Part shown: one piece after another, positions 34,468 to 45,205 of the stretch
How the letters are laid out: the number at the start of each line of letters is the position of its first letter
Numbering within the stretch: position 1 is the first letter of the stretch
DNA from: Pseudomonadales bacterium
Lineage (GTDB): Bacteria; Pseudomonadota; Gammaproteobacteria; Pseudomonadales; Pseudohongiellaceae
Direction of reading: 5' to 3'
Length of the DNA: 64,000 bases
Assembly (NCBI GenBank): GCA_023256835.1
Contig: JALREE010000167.1
Coordinates: 1,915-65,914 of the forward strand
Program-made: the position numbers and the translations under genes
The notes under the pieces: generated by a model
The model's input: the letters and a program-made list of their open reading frames with translations, nothing else
The model's database searches: none
Told to the model about the DNA's origin: nothing

Positions 34468-37400
34468 ATGGAAAACCTGCCTTCCGACCAACGCCTGCGC
34501 AATGCCCTCAAGAGCCGGATTCTGGTCCTTGACGGAGCCATGGGCACCATGATTCAGGCGTACAAGCTGAAGGAAGCGGATTTTCGCGGCCAGCGTTTTG
34601 CTGATTGCGAGCAGCACCTTGCCGGGAACAACGACCTGCTCACTCTGACGCGCCCTGATGTGATCGGCCAGATTCATCGCGAATACCTGCTCGCCGGCGC
34701 GGACATCATCGAAACCAACACCTTCAACTCCACAGCTATCTCGCAGGCGGACTATCAACTGCAGCATCTGGCCTACGAACTGAACTTCGAGGGGGCACGG
34801 CTGGCACGCCGCATCTGCGACGAAATCGAAGCCACCACCCCGGACAAACCCCGTTTCGTGGCGGGTGTCATCGGCCCGACCAGTCGTACTGCGTCCATCT
34901 CGCCGGATGTCAACGATCCTGCCTTCCGCAATGTGACGTTCGAGGACCTGGTGGAAAACTACCTCGTGAGTGTGGAAGCACTCGACAAGGGAGGCGCGGA
35001 CATCCTGCTGGTGGAAACCATTTTCGACACACTCAATGCCAAGGCTGCCATTTTCGCGATCCAGGAGTACTTCAAGCGCAGTGGGCGCCAGTTGCCGATC
35101 ATGATCTCGGGCACGATCACGGACGCCAGCGGACGGACTCTCTCCGGTCAGACTGTCGAAGCCTTCTGGAACTCGGTGGCGCATGCCAAACCTCTCTCGA
35201 TCGGCTTCAACTGTGCGCTGGGCGCTGCACAACTGCGTCCGCACATCGAGGAGATTTCGCGTCTGGCTGACACCCACGTCTCCGCGCACCCCAACGCGGG
35301 CTTGCCGAATGCCTTTGGTGAATACGACCAGAGTGCTCGAGAGATGGCAGACATCATCGAGGAATTCGCCAGCAGTGGTTTTCTCAACATCGTCGGCGGC
35401 TGCTGTGGCACGACTCCGCTGCACATCAAGGCAGTGGCCGAAGCCGTGGCTCGTCACAAACCGCGAGTCATTCCCGAGATCGCCCCGGCATGCCGACTCA
35501 GTGGCCTCGAAGCCTTCAACATCCATGCCGATTCGCTTTTCGTGAATGTAGGCGAGCGCACCAACATCACAGGCTCCAAGCGCTTTGCCAGGCTGATTCG
35601 CGAGGGCGATTTCACGACTGCACTGGAAATTGCCCTGCAACAGGTGGAGGCCGGCGCTCAGATCATCGACATCAACATGGACGAGGGCATGCTGGATTCC
35701 AACGCAGCCATGTCGCGTTTCCTGCGCCTGATTGCCTCGGAGCCCGACATCAGTCGCGTGCCGGTCATGATCGACTCCTCCAAGTGGGAGATCCTGGAGA
35801 CCGGCCTGCGCTGCATCCAAGGCAAGGGCATCGTCAACTCCATCAGCCTGAAGGAAGGTGAAGAGGACTTCATCGCCAAGGCCCGGCTGTGCATGCAGTA
35901 CGGGGCAGCCGTCGTGGTAATGGCCTTCGACGAAAAAGGCCAGGCCGACACCTTCGCCCGCAAGTGCGAAATCTGCCGCCGCAGCTATGAGGTTCTCGTG
36001 AACGTGGTGGGCTTCCCGCCGCAGGACATCATTTTCGACCCGAACATCTTCGCGGTCGCCACAGGCATCGAGGAGCACAACAACTACGCGGTGGACTTCA
36101 TTCAGAGCTGCGCCTTCATCAAGCGCGAGCTTCCGTATGCCCTGATATCCGGCGGCGTGAGCAATGTCTCGTTCTCGTTCCGTGGCAATGAACCGGTCCG
36201 CGAAGCCATTCACTCCGTCTTCCTTTATCACGCCATCAAGGCGGGGTTGAGCATGGGCATCGTGAATGCCGGACAGCTGGCCGTGTATGACGAGATTCCC
36301 GCTCAACTCAAGGAACGCGTCGAGGACATCATCCTCAATCGACGCGTCGACGGCACCGACCGCCTGATGGAGATCGCAGGCCAGTACAGCGGGGAATCCA
36401 GTCTCGAGAATCACGAGGACGTGACCTGGCGCGAGCAGCCCGTGGCTGCCCGCATCGCCCATGCGCTGGTCAAAGGCATCACACGCTACATCGAGCAGGA
36501 CACCGAAGAGGCAAGGCGTCAGTTCGCGGAGCCCATTCAAGTCATCGAAGGCCCGCTCATGGATGGGATGAACATCGTCGGAGACCTGTTCGGCAGCGGC
36601 AAGATGTTCCTGCCGCAGGTCGTCAAGAGTGCCCGCGTGATGAAGCAGGCCGTGGCCTATCTGCTGCCTTTCATCGAGGAGAGCAAGAAGGGTCAGGTGG
36701 TCAAGGCCAAGGGCAAGATCCTGCTCGCCACCGTCAAGGGCGATGTGCATGACATCGGCAAGAATATCGTGGGCGTGGTGCTCGGCTGCAACAACTACGA
36801 CATCGTGGATCTCGGAGTCATGGTTCCTTGCGAACGGATTCTGCAGACAGCCATCGACGAGGAGGTCGACATCATCGGCCTCAGCGGTTTGATCACGCCT
36901 TCCCTGGACGAGATGGTCCACGTGGCGAAGGAGATGCAGCGACTCGGCTTCAGCATTCCGCTGATCATTGGCGGTGCCACGACTTCCAAGGCGCATACGG
37001 CAGTGAAGATCGAGCAGAACTACACGAACAACGCCACCGTGTATGTGCCGGATGCATCACGCAGCGTCACCGTGGTCAGCAGTTTGCTCAGTGAAGAGGG
37101 CGCGGCCGATTTCAAGCGTCAGATCCACGCCGAATACGACGTGATCCGCGAGCGCAATGCGAACCGCGACCAGCGCAAGACACTGATCAGCTTCGAGGCC
37201 GCGACGCAGAACGCCCTGCAGGTCGACTGGGTCCATTATCGCCCCGTTGCCCCGGCATTCCTGGGCACCCGCGTGTTTGATGACTATCCGCTGGAAGAAC
37301 TGGTGCCCTACATTGACTGGACGCCCTTCTTCATCACGTGGAGTCTGGCGGGCAAGTACCCGGCCATTCTTGAGGACAACATCGTCGGCGAGGCGGCTCG

Positions 37401-38157
37401 TGACCTGTTCCGGGACGCCCAGGCCATGCTGAAGCAGATCATCGACGGACGCCTGCTCAAGGCCCAGGCGGTAGTTGGTTTCTGGCCGGCTGCGCAGCGC
37501 AATGCGAACGATGTCGTGCTTTTCACTGACGAAACTCGACGTCAGGAACTTGCGGCATTTCAGTTCCTGCGACAACAGGCTGGCAAGGCACCCGGTATAC
37601 CCAATCTCTCGCTGGCCGACTTCGTGGCACCGGAGACACTGGGCATTCCCGATTACATCGGAGGATTCGCGGTGACCACTGGCCTCGGGGCCGACGAACT
37701 TGCCAGAGCCTACGAGCAGGACAACAACGACTACAACGCTCTCATGGTGAAGGCCCTGGCAGATCGTCTGGCCGAAGCCTTCGCCGAGCGCATGCACGAG
37801 CGTGTGCGCCAGGAATTCTGGCCTTACGCCGCCCAGGAATCCCTGAGCGCTGAAGAGCTCATCGACGAGAAGTACCAAGGCATTCGACCTGCGCCAGGAT
37901 ACCCCGCCTGCCCGGAGCATTCGGACAAAGTCAGACTGTTTGATTTGCTGCAGATTGAAGGCCGCATCGGCATGCACTTGACGGAAAGCTTTGCGATGAC
38001 CCCCGCGGCCAGTGTCAGCGGCTTCTACTTCGCCAATCCGCAGGCACGCTACTTCTCAGTGGGCAAGATCGATGAGGATCAGGTGCAATCACTGGCCAGC
38101 CGCAAGGGGCTGAGCGTGGACGCAATGAGCAGGCTCTTGAGCCCCAATCTGGTATGA
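34468..38157 (+). CDS. metH: cobalamin-dependent methionine synthase
   Basis: 1229 aa with Hcy-binding, pterin-binding, B12-binding ([11 protein letters not shown]) and AdoMet-activation domains in canonical order. Confidence 0.97.
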   Translation: MENLPSDQRLRNALKSRILVLDGAMGTMIQAYKLKEADFRGQRFADCEQHLAGNNDLLTLTRPDVIGQIHREYLLAGADIIETNTFNSTAISQADYQLQHLAYELNFEGARLARRICDEIEATTPDKPRFVAGVIGPTSRTASISPDVNDPAFRNVTFEDLVENYLVSVEALDKGGADILLVETIFDTLNAKAAIFAIQEYFKRSGRQLPIMISGTITDASGRTLSGQTVEAFWNSVAHAKPLSIGFNCALGAAQLRPHIEEISRLADTHVSAHPNAGLPNAFGEYDQSAREMADIIEEFASSGFLNIVGGCCGTTPLHIKAVAEAVARHKPRVIPEIAPACRLSGLEAFNIHADSLFVNVGERTNITGSKRFARLIREGDFTTALEIALQQVEAGAQIIDINMDEGMLDSNAAMSRFLRLIASEPDISRVPVMIDSSKWEILETGLRCIQGKGIVNSISLKEGEEDFIAKARLCMQYGAAVVVMAFDEKGQADTFARKCEICRRSYEVLVNVVGFPPQDIIFDPNIFAVATGIEEHNNYAVDFIQSCAFIKRELPYALISGGVSNVSFSFRGNEPVREAIHSVFLYHAIKAGLSMGIVNAGQLAVYDEIPAQLKERVEDIILNRRVDGTDRLMEIAGQYSGESSLENHEDVTWREQPVAARIAHALVKGITRYIEQDTEEARRQFAEPIQVIEGPLMDGMNIVGDLFGSGKMFLPQVVKSARVMKQAVAYLLPFIEESKKGQVVKAKGKILLATVKGDVHDIGKNIVGVVLGCNNYDIVDLGVMVPCERILQTAIDEEVDIIGLSGLITPSLDEMVHVAKEMQRLGFSIPLIIGGATTSKAHTAVKIEQNYTNNATVYVPDASRSVTVVSSLLSEEGAADFKRQIHAEYDVIRERNANRDQRKTLISFEAATQNALQVDWVHYRPVAPAFLGTRVFDDYPLEELVPYIDWTPFFITWSLAGKYPAILEDNIVGEAARDLFRDAQAMLKQIIDGRLLKAQAVVGFWPAAQRNANDVVLFTDETRRQELAAFQFLRQQAGKAPGIPNLSLADFVAPETLGIPDYIGGFAVTTGLGADELARAYEQDNNDYNALMVKALADRLAEAFAERMHERVRQEFWPYAAQESLSAEELIDEKYQGIRPAPGYPACPEHSDKVRLFDLLQIEGRIGMHLTESFAMTPAASVSGFYFANPQARYFSVGKIDEDQVQSLASRKGLSVDAMSRLLSPNLV

Positions 38158-38189
38158 GACAGGGAAGTGTGCCCTCAGGAAGTGAGAAA

Positions 38190-38420
38190 ATGAGCGAGCA
38201 GGAAACCAATGATCAAGACAGCACTGAAGCGCCGCAGAAACTGAGCTTCTGGAAAATGATGCTGAGTGTGATGCAGGCGAGTTTCGGCGTGCAGAACCGC
38301 AAGAACAAGGAACGCGACTTCGCCAGTGGCAGCATCAAGGGCTTCATTGTCGCGGCCCTGATCTTCACGGTGCTGTTCGTGCTGACCGTGGCAACTGTCG
38401 TGAATCTGGTGCTGAACTGA
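38190..38420 (+). CDS. DUF2970-family small membrane protein
   Basis: MSEQETN...FWKMMLSVMQASFGVQNRKNKERDF...single C-terminal TM helix. ATG 38190 has an AGGAAG Shine-Dalgarno. The track ORF opens at 38154 with an ATGA overlap of the metH stop. Confidence 0.7.
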   Translation: MSEQETNDQDSTEAPQKLSFWKMMLSVMQASFGVQNRKNKERDFASGSIKGFIVAALIFTVLFVLTVATVVNLVLN

Positions 38421-38429
38421 AGGAAGGTC

Positions 38430-38476
38430 TGCCAGTCGAGACTTCACAGGAGGCTCCTGCGTGACCTCGACTGGCA
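38430..38476. terminator. long hairpin between convergent genes
   Basis: TGCCAGTCGAG ... CTCGACTGGCA outer arms (11 bp) with nested CAGGAG/CTCCTG pairing. Lies between DUF2970 (+) and the 45-aa ORF (-). Confidence 0.55.
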
Positions 38477-38482
38477 AGTTGA

Positions 38483-38620
38483 TCAACGGCTGGCGAAAAA
38501 CACAGCCATGGTGACAATGATCAAGACGAGTGAAAGCATGGCCAGAGTATCGGCGCGGCTGTTGGCATCCAGTTCCTTCTCATCAATGACGTGGTGTTCG
38601 CTGGCGTCGTGGTGACTCAT
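38483..38620 (-). CDS. 45-aa tail-anchored small membrane protein (hypothetical)
   Basis: Below the track length cutoff. ATG preceded by AGGAAGG at 8 nt. MSHHDASEHHVIDEKELDANSRADTLAMLSLVLIIVTMAVFFASR: polar His/acidic head plus one TM helix. Confidence 0.45.
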   Translation of the reverse strand: MSHHDASEHHVIDEKELDANSRADTLAMLSLVLIIVTMAVFFASR

Positions 38621-38855
38621 GACATGACCTTCCTGAAGTGGGTTCCGGGGAAAAAACACGACGGCATTCTAATGACAAATGCTTCACAAGCAAGCAAAAA
38701 TTTTCCAGGAAAGGATTTTCAACAGGCGCCTGTCCTGTGACTGGAGACGCCAGAACTGGCGCTTGAGAAGGGCATTCTTTACAATTGCCGGCCTTCGCGA
38801 CTAGCGTCGGGCATTCCCTTACGATCATCCTTGGACCTGCAAAAGCTGCCGCATC

Positions 38856-40514
38856 ATGTACAGATACGACAATTACGATCATCAAATGCTGGCCGACCGC
38901 ATCGCGCAGTTTCGCGATCAGACGTCTCGCTTTCTGCGCGGCGACCTGGCCCCTGCGGAGTTCCTGCCGCTGCGACTGCAGAACGGGCTCTACGTGCAGC
39001 GCCTGGCTCCGATGCTGAGAATCGCCATTCCCTACGGCATGCTCTCCAGCAAACAATTGCGCAAACTGGCCTATATCGCCGATCACTTCGACAAGGGTTA
39101 CGGTCACTTCACCACGCGTCAGAACATCCAGTTCAACTGGCCGGCCATCGCCGACGTTCCGGACATCCTCGCACACCTCGCGGAAGTGGAAATGCATGCC
39201 ATCCAGACCAGCGGCAACTGCATCCGCAATACCACGACGGATCAGTTCGCAGGTGCCGCCGCCAATGAAATCGAGGACAGCCGCCCCTGGTGCGAGATCA
39301 TTCGTCAGTGGTCCACCTTCCACCCGGAATTCGCATTCCTGCCGCGCAAGTTCAAGATTGCCGTGTGCGGCACGCAGGACGACCAGGCTGCAACCCAGGT
39401 GCATGACATAGGCCTGTTCATTGTGCGCAATGAGGAAGGCGAACTGGGCTTTCGCGTCCTCGCGGGCGGTGGCCTGGGTCGCACGCCAGTGATTGGCAAG
39501 GAGATCCGTACCTTCCTGCCCTGGCAACACCTGTTGAGCTACCTCGACGCCATTCTGCGTGTTTACAACCGGGAAGGCCGTCGTGACAACAAGTACAAGG
39601 CGCGCATCAAGATTCTCGTCAAGGAAACAGGCATCGAAAAGTTCCAGCAGAAAGTCGAGAAGGAATGGCTCGCCTTGAAGGACGGACCGCTTACCCTGAC
39701 CGAAGCGGAGTTCCAGCGTTGCAAAGCCTTCTTCAAGGACCCGGAATACCTGCCGCTGGAAGCCTTCAGCCCGGAACTCGAACACGCATTGAATACCGAT
39801 GTCCTGTTTGCAGCATGGCATACCCAGAATGTGAATGCGCACAAGAAGCCGGGCTACAGCATCGTCACCCTTTGCCTCAAGGCCACGGGCATCGCGCCGG
39901 GGGACATCACAAGCGAGCAGATGCGTTTCGTCGCCGATCTGGCCGACCGTTACAGCTTCGGCGAGCTGCGTGTCACCCATGAACAGAACCTCGTGCTGGC
40001 CGATGTGGCGCGCAAGGATCTGTACGCATTGTGGAGGGCCCTGAAAAGCCAGGACCTGCATTCGCCTAATCTCGGCTTGCTGACAGACATCGTCTGTTGC
40101 CCTGGTGGCGATTTCTGCTCGCTGGCCAACGCCAAGTCCATCCCGATTGCCGAGTCCATTCAGCGTCGTTTCGCTGACACCGAACGGCAACGCAAGATCG
40201 GCAAGCTCAGTGTGAATATTTCCGGCTGCATGAACGCCTGTGGCCATCACCACGTCGGCAATATCGGCATTCTGGGAGTCGACAAGAAGGGCGAAGAGTA
40301 CTACCAGGTCTCTCTTGGCGGTTCGGCAGAAAATGTCACCGCACTTGGAGACATCGTGGGGCCCTCCTTCGCACAAGAGGATATTCCTGATGTCATGGAG
40401 AAGCTGATTGGTGTGTTCGAGCAGCACCGTGAGCAGCAAGAGCGCTTTGTCGATACCTATCGTCGCATCGGCATGGAGCCATTCAAGGAGGCGCTGTATG
40501 GCAAGGCTGATTAA
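38856..40514 (+). CDS. cysI: sulfite reductase hemoprotein (nitrite/sulfite reductase family)
   Basis: 552 aa. N-terminus MYRYDNYDHQMLADRIAQFRDQTSRFLRGDL..LRLQNGLY resembles Pseudomonas-type CysI. Siroheme/4Fe-4S Cys motifs (CPGGDFC, SGCMNACGHH) are present. Confidence 0.92.
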   Translation: MYRYDNYDHQMLADRIAQFRDQTSRFLRGDLAPAEFLPLRLQNGLYVQRLAPMLRIAIPYGMLSSKQLRKLAYIADHFDKGYGHFTTRQNIQFNWPAIADVPDILAHLAEVEMHAIQTSGNCIRNTTTDQFAGAAANEIEDSRPWCEIIRQWSTFHPEFAFLPRKFKIAVCGTQDDQAATQVHDIGLFIVRNEEGELGFRVLAGGGLGRTPVIGKEIRTFLPWQHLLSYLDAILRVYNREGRRDNKYKARIKILVKETGIEKFQQKVEKEWLALKDGPLTLTEAEFQRCKAFFKDPEYLPLEAFSPELEHALNTDVLFAAWHTQNVNAHKKPGYSIVTLCLKATGIAPGDITSEQMRFVADLADRYSFGELRVTHEQNLVLADVARKDLYALWRALKSQDLHSPNLGLLTDIVCCPGGDFCSLANAKSIPIAESIQRRFADTERQRKIGKLSVNISGCMNACGHHHVGNIGILGVDKKGEEYYQVSLGGSAENVTALGDIVGPSFAQEDIPDVMEKLIGVFEQHREQQERFVDTYRRIGMEPFKEALYGKAD

Positions 40515-41013
40515 GGACAGAGTGATTGCGGACGATCAATGGGAACTGATTCGTGAGCCGATCGATGCGGATGCATTGCGCGCACTGAGCGGCCGAAACG
40601 TGATTCTGCCGCTGTCCAGCTGGCTGGAGTTGCACGAGGCCCAGCCCTCTCACCAGGGGCTTCTCGGTGTGTGGCTCAAGAACACTGAACTGCCGGAATC
40701 CATCACGCCCTGGCTGCCCAGGATTCCGCTCATCGCTCTTGATTTCCCGGTGTTCACCGACGGCCGCGCCTATTCGTCCGCACGTGAACTGCGTCAGAAC
40801 CTGGGCTTTGAAGGAGAACTCAGAGCCATCGGTGATGTGCTGTGCGACCAGCTCTTCTATATGTCGCGCTGCGGCTTCAATGCCTTTGCCATGCGCGCCG
40901 ACCAGGATCTTGAGGCGGCCGTCCGTCGGTTCGACGACTTCAAGGATGCCTATCAGGCCAGTGTCCTCAATCCGGAGCCCTTGTTCCGTCGCAGATCTTG
41001 CGCCAACGGGTGA
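40498..41013 (+). CDS. DUF934-family protein (usual cysI partner)
   Basis: MARLIKDRVIADDQWELI... about 171 aa with FTDGRAYSSAREL motif. Overlaps the cysI end by 17 nt. Confidence 0.8.
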   Translation: MARLIKDRVIADDQWELIREPIDADALRALSGRNVILPLSSWLELHEAQPSHQGLLGVWLKNTELPESITPWLPRIPLIALDFPVFTDGRAYSSARELRQNLGFEGELRAIGDVLCDQLFYMSRCGFNAFAMRADQDLEAAVRRFDDFKDAYQASVLNPEPLFRRRSCANG

Positions 41014-41021
41014 TACTGCAC

Positions 41022-42038
41022 TCAGGCGCAGACATCCAGGATGCGCCTGCCCTTGCCTCGCCCCTCCAGAATAGCGTCAAGTTCCGCTTCCAGCTCATTG
41101 AATGTAATGATCTTTGCAATTTTTTCCAGATGGGGAACTTGCCATTCACAAGCCAAGCTTTGCCAGATGTCGCAACGCTTCGCATGGGAGATGTTCACGG
41201 AGTCCACGCCGAGCAAGTTCACGCCGCGCAAGATGAAAGGATAGATGCTTGCCGAGAACTCGGGGGCACTCACAAGCCCGCAGCTGGCCACACTGCCGCT
41301 GTAAAGCAGGCTGCGAACGATCGCGCTCAGCATCCCGCCACCCGCTACATCAATCGCCCCTGCCCAACGGGCATTCAACAAGGGCTTGGCACCGCCATTC
41401 ATGACCTCCTCGCGGGAAATCACCTGACGCGCCCCGATTGCTTGAAGATAGTCGCGCTCCTGCAGCTTTCCCGTGCAAGCCGTGACGTCAAAGCCGAGCT
41501 TGCCGAGCAACGCCACGGCGATACTGCCGACGCCGCCGGTCGCGCCAGTCACCAGCACGTCGCCCTGATCCGGAGCCAGGCCATTTTGCAGCAGTTTGTC
41601 CACACACAAGGCTGCCGTGAGTCCAGCTGTTCCGAGAGCCATACTTTGCAGCAGCGTCATCTGCCTGGGCAGTGACACCACCCAGTCAGCTGGAACCTGG
41701 ATGTACTCAGCGAAACCACCTGCGCTATTCATGCCCAGGTCGTGACCTGTGACAATCACGGCATCTCCCGTCTTCCATCGAGGATCAGCGGAATGCACCA
41801 CCGTTCCTGATGCATCAATGCCAGGGACATGCGGATAAGAGCGTGTGACACCCCGGTTGCCATTTGCGGACAGGGCGTCCTTGTAATTCAACGAGGAAAA
41901 GGCCAGCTGGATCAGAACATCCCCTGCGGGCAATTCGGCCATGGGCTTCTGCACCAGCCGACCTGCAAACACGGATTTCGCTCCTTCCACCCGCTCGGAT
42001 ACTTCAAATGCACGGTACAGAGTCTGGTCCACCTGCAT
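41022..42038 (-). CDS. yhdH: YhdH/AcuI-family NADPH:quinone/acrylyl-CoA reductase (MDR superfamily)
   Basis: From ATG 42036-42038. SSLNYKDALSANGNRGVTRSYPHVPGIDASG and VTGATGGVGS motifs. Confidence 0.85.
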   Translation of the reverse strand: MQVDQTLYRAFEVSERVEGAKSVFAGRLVQKPMAELPAGDVLIQLAFSSLNYKDALSANGNRGVTRSYPHVPGIDASGTVVHSADPRWKTGDAVIVTGHDLGMNSAGGFAEYIQVPADWVVSLPRQMTLLQSMALGTAGLTAALCVDKLLQNGLAPDQGDVLVTGATGGVGSIAVALLGKLGFDVTACTGKLQERDYLQAIGARQVISREEVMNGGAKPLLNARWAGAIDVAGGGMLSAIVRSLLYSGSVASCGLVSAPEFSASIYPFILRGVNLLGVDSVNISHAKRCDIWQSLACEWQVPHLEKIAKIITFNELEAELDAILEGRGKGRRILDVCA

Positions 42039-42054
42039 TGAGCGCGCTCCGTCG

Positions 42055-43128
42055 TCAGGAGTAATAAGTCGTGTCGCGCGTACGCTTGATCCAGGCCAGT
42101 ACTGCCATGTCCAATCCTTTCTGGATGGCGGCACCAAGCTTGTCGCTCAGCGTGCGACGAATCTCGAAATGAACAGCATAGACGTCAGCGTTCTCGCAGG
42201 CCTTCACGATGCATTCATCGCTCGTCATCAACTCGTCGATCATCGACTTCTCGAGGGCGTGCACACCCACCCAGGTCTCGCCGGTGGCAATGGAATCAAT
42301 GTCCACCGCGGGACGATGATCCTTCACCCAGGCCTTGAACAAGCCATGCATCTCCTCGACGTCTTCCTTGACCTTGTCACGCCCCTTCTGGGTGATCTCG
42401 CCAAAGGTGGTAAGGGTTGTCTTGAACTCCCCTGCACTGATGGTTTCGTAGTCCACATCGTGCTTGCGCAGCAGTCGATTGAAATTGGGCAACTGCACCA
42501 GGACGCCAATGGAACCTAGAATCGCAAACGGGGCTGCCACGAGTCTGTCGGCCAGACAAGCCATCATATAGCCGCCGCTGGCGGCCACCTTGTCGACACA
42601 GATGGTGAGCGGCACCTTCTGCGCCTTGATGCGATCGAGCTGCGAGGAAGCCAGACCGTAGGCATGCACCATGCCGCCCGGGCTCTCCAGACGCAGCACC
42701 ACTTCATCATCAGGTGTGGCAAGCGCCAGAATCGCGGTGATCTCCTCACGCAGGGACACGACTTCGCTGGCTTCCATATCGCCATTGAAATCGATCACAT
42801 AGACGCGTTTGCGCTTACCGTCTTCATGATCCGAACTGCCTTGTGCGCCACGCTTGGCCTGCTGACGACGTTCGCGCTCCTGCTTTTGACGCTTTTTCTC
42901 TTCCTTGAGCTCCAGCTTGTAACTCGCCTTGTCGTAGATGGCCTTCTTCATGGCATCCCGCATCTCATCCAGCTCTTCGTTCAGATGCGTGATGGTGATC
43001 TGGCCTCGCCCCGCTCCCTTGCGGCCTTTGCTGCCAGCAGACACGAGAATGCCGACGATGAAGACGAAGGCAACCACCAAGGTCACCAGCTTGGCCAGAA
43101 ACAGCCCGTATTCGATGAAGTACTCCAA
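42055..43128 (-). CDS. sohB: S49-family periplasmic protease SohB
   Basis: 357 aa with N-terminal TM, Lys/Glu-rich linker and S49 peptidase core (AASGGYMMAC). Confidence 0.9.
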   Translation of the reverse strand: MEYFIEYGLFLAKLVTLVVAFVFIVGILVSAGSKGRKGAGRGQITITHLNEELDEMRDAMKKAIYDKASYKLELKEEKKRQKQERERRQQAKRGAQGSSDHEDGKRKRVYVIDFNGDMEASEVVSLREEITAILALATPDDEVVLRLESPGGMVHAYGLASSQLDRIKAQKVPLTICVDKVAASGGYMMACLADRLVAAPFAILGSIGVLVQLPNFNRLLRKHDVDYETISAGEFKTTLTTFGEITQKGRDKVKEDVEEMHGLFKAWVKDHRPAVDIDSIATGETWVGVHALEKSMIDELMTSDECIVKACENADVYAVHFEIRRTLSDKLGAAIQKGLDMAVLAWIKRTRDTTYYS

Positions 43129-43158
43129 GAACCGACTCCTTGCATTGTCGCGGTGTCA

Positions 43159-44016
43159 TCAGACTTTCAGGGATTGCAAGAATAACGCAATGAGTTGCCC
43201 CGCGACACTGAAGGGCGGAGGCAGCGCAGCCGGCAACGAGTCTGCTTCAAACCACCTTGCCTCCAGGATTTCGTCGCCATCCACGCGGATTTCACCTCCT
43301 GCGTGATCCGCATGGAAGCCGAGCATCAATTGTGAGGGAAACGGCCAGGACTGACTCCGGACATAGCGGATATTGTTCACCTCGATGGCAGTTTCTTCCT
43401 TGACCTCGCGGCAGATGGTCTGCTCAGGAGTCTCGCCCACCTCCATGAAGCCAGCCAGACAACTGAACGTGGCGCTGCCCCGCCCTGCATGGCGAGCCAA
43501 CAGGATATGACGATCGCGTCGGACCAGCACGATCACGCAGGGGCTGATGCGCGGAAAGACACGGTGCTGGCACTGGGGGCATTGCAGCGCTCGTTCCGCA
43601 GGATGTGCAAGCAGCGGCTGGCCACAGAACCCGCAGTACCGATGACTGATGAGCCAGTGGGTCAATTGCAGCGCCTTGCCGACCTGGTCGAACACCCCTG
43701 GCAAACTGCTTTGCAGAAGTTGTCGCGCTGGGCAGCGGCTGAAGCGCATTCCCACCAGTGAGTCTGCAGGGCAAGGCAGCGCGTAAACGGCGGCGTCGCA
43801 CGCTGCTTCGATGCTAACGGCCATGCTGCCCGGATCCAGCTGCTGCTTGAGAAACGCTGCGGGCCAGTAGATCTGTTCGTTGTGCAACAGCACGTCTGCG
43901 CCATCCACCAGCACGAGTTGCGCGTGGTCTGGCAATTCGCGCAAGACCGGAATCGGGGAGCGAGGCACCAACGTCACGAGGCGCTCGAAGTGGCGGGAGC
44001 TTGCTGCCAGAGACAC
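43159..44016 (-). CDS. nudC: NAD+ diphosphatase (Nudix, zinc ribbon)
   Basis: CGFCG...CPQC zinc ribbon followed by Nudix box GFMEVGETPEQTICREVKEETAI. Start uncertain: GTG 44016, or GTG 43977, which makes a GTGA overlap with the dnaQ stop. Confidence 0.85.
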   Translation of the reverse strand: MSLAASSRHFERLVTLVPRSPIPVLRELPDHAQLVLVDGADVLLHNEQIYWPAAFLKQQLDPGSMAVSIEAACDAAVYALPCPADSLVGMRFSRCPARQLLQSSLPGVFDQVGKALQLTHWLISHRYCGFCGQPLLAHPAERALQCPQCQHRVFPRISPCVIVLVRRDRHILLARHAGRGSATFSCLAGFMEVGETPEQTICREVKEETAIEVNNIRYVRSQSWPFPSQLMLGFHADHAGGEIRVDGDEILEARWFEADSLPAALPPPFSVAGQLIALFLQSLKV

Positions 44017-44702
44017 TTGTTCTTGCTGGCCTTGTTGATTCTTTCCAGAAAGCGGGCGTGGGCCTCCAATTCCTCTGCGTCGGGAAGACTCACGGGCAGC
44101 AGACCCCGCGCCAAGGAGAGCTTGCCGGATTCCATTTCACTCACCTGCACCACCACCTCCTCGCTGACAAGGAGGAGATTGGCCTGGCCGCCCGTCATCG
44201 CCAGATAGACGTCGGCAAGAATCTCGGCATCGAGAAGGGCTCCATGCAGCTCGCGCTGGGAGTTGTCGACCTCATAGCGCTTGCACAAGGCATCCAGACT
44301 ATTGCGCTGACCGGGATGCTTCTTGCGTGCCATCTGCAGGGTGTCCGTCACGGGACACAAATCCTGCAGCGAGCGATGCGGGTTGCGCGCCAGTGCGAGT
44401 TCCGAGTCGAGAAAACTCAAGTCAAAAGGTGCGTTGTGAATGATGAGCTCTGCGCCGCTGACAAACCGCAGGAAATCCTCCATGACCTGCGAGAATCGAG
44501 GCTTGTCAGCCAGGAACTCTGTGGTGATTCCATGCACTTGCACAGCCCCCTCATCGATTTCGCGATCAGGGTTGAGATAGCAGTGAAAGTGTCGTCCAGT
44601 GAGGCGACGATTCTCGATCTCGACACAGCCGATCTCGATCACTCTGTGGCCTTGGGAAGGATCCAGCCCTGTGGTTTCAGTATCCAGTACTACTTGTCGC
44701 AT
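43974..44702 (-). CDS. dnaQ: DNA polymerase III epsilon (proofreading exonuclease)
   Basis: 242 aa with Exo motifs VLDTETTGL, IHNAPFDLSFL and HGALLDAEILADVY. Confidence 0.95.
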   Translation of the reverse strand: MRQVVLDTETTGLDPSQGHRVIEIGCVEIENRRLTGRHFHCYLNPDREIDEGAVQVHGITTEFLADKPRFSQVMEDFLRFVSGAELIIHNAPFDLSFLDSELALARNPHRSLQDLCPVTDTLQMARKKHPGQRNSLDALCKRYEVDNSQRELHGALLDAEILADVYLAMTGGQANLLLVSEEVVVQVSEMESGKLSLARGLLPVSLPDAEELEAHARFLERINKASKNKCLWQQAPATSSAS

Positions 44703-44725
44703 CTTTCTGCTGCGTTGACCTCGTG

Positions 44726-45205
44726 TCAGGGCGTCGACGACGCCAGTGTTTCGATCCCCAGATTCGCCAGCTCATCGGCAATCTCGTTTTCGAGGTGTCC
44801 GTTGTGGCCCTTCACCCATTGCCAGTCAATGTTGTGCCTCGAGGCCAGAACATCCAGTTGCATCCAGAGATCGGCGTTGAGCACTGGCTTCTTCGCAGCG
44901 GTCTTCCAGCCTCGTTTTTTCCAATTCGGCAGCCACTCCGAAATTCCCTTCAGCACATAGGTGGAATCACTGACCACACGTACATTGCAGGAGTCTCGCT
45001 TGAGCGCATCAAGGCCCTTGATCACGGCCATGAGTTCCATGCGATTGTTGGTGGTATGGGGCTCGCCACCGTACAGGCGTTTCTCGTGCCCCTTGTAACG
45101 CAACAGGACACCCCAGCCGCCCTTGCCTGGATTTCCCTTGCAGGCTCCGTCGGTATACATCTCGATCTGCTGTGACACGCTGTACTTGTCTCGTGGTTGA
45201 CTCAA
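44726..45205 (-). CDS. rnhA: ribonuclease HI
   Basis: [19 protein letters not shown]...HTTNNRMEL...[18 protein letters not shown]. The track start is TTG 45205. GTG 45178 would give an E. coli-like N-terminus. Confidence 0.92.
   Translation of the reverse strand: MSQPRDKYSVSQQIEMYTDGACKGNPGKGGWGVLLRYKGHEKRLYGGEPHTTNNRMELMAVIKGLDALKRDSCNVRVVSDSTYVLKGISEWLPNWKKRGWKTAAKKPVLNADLWMQLDVLASRHNIDWQWVKGHNGHLENEIADELANLGIETLASSTP

Noticed and set aside
34447-36996. 849-aa minus-strand ORF
   Set aside because: Antisense to metH, whose translation is unmistakable. The product is low-complexity (D/H/V/A/G/L-rich) with no motifs. It is a shadow ORF caused by strong GC3 bias.
38583-40439. 618-aa minus-strand ORF
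   Set aside because: Antisense to cysI, with the same shadow-ORF character and no recognisable domain. Its 5' end also runs through the small 45-aa ORF region.
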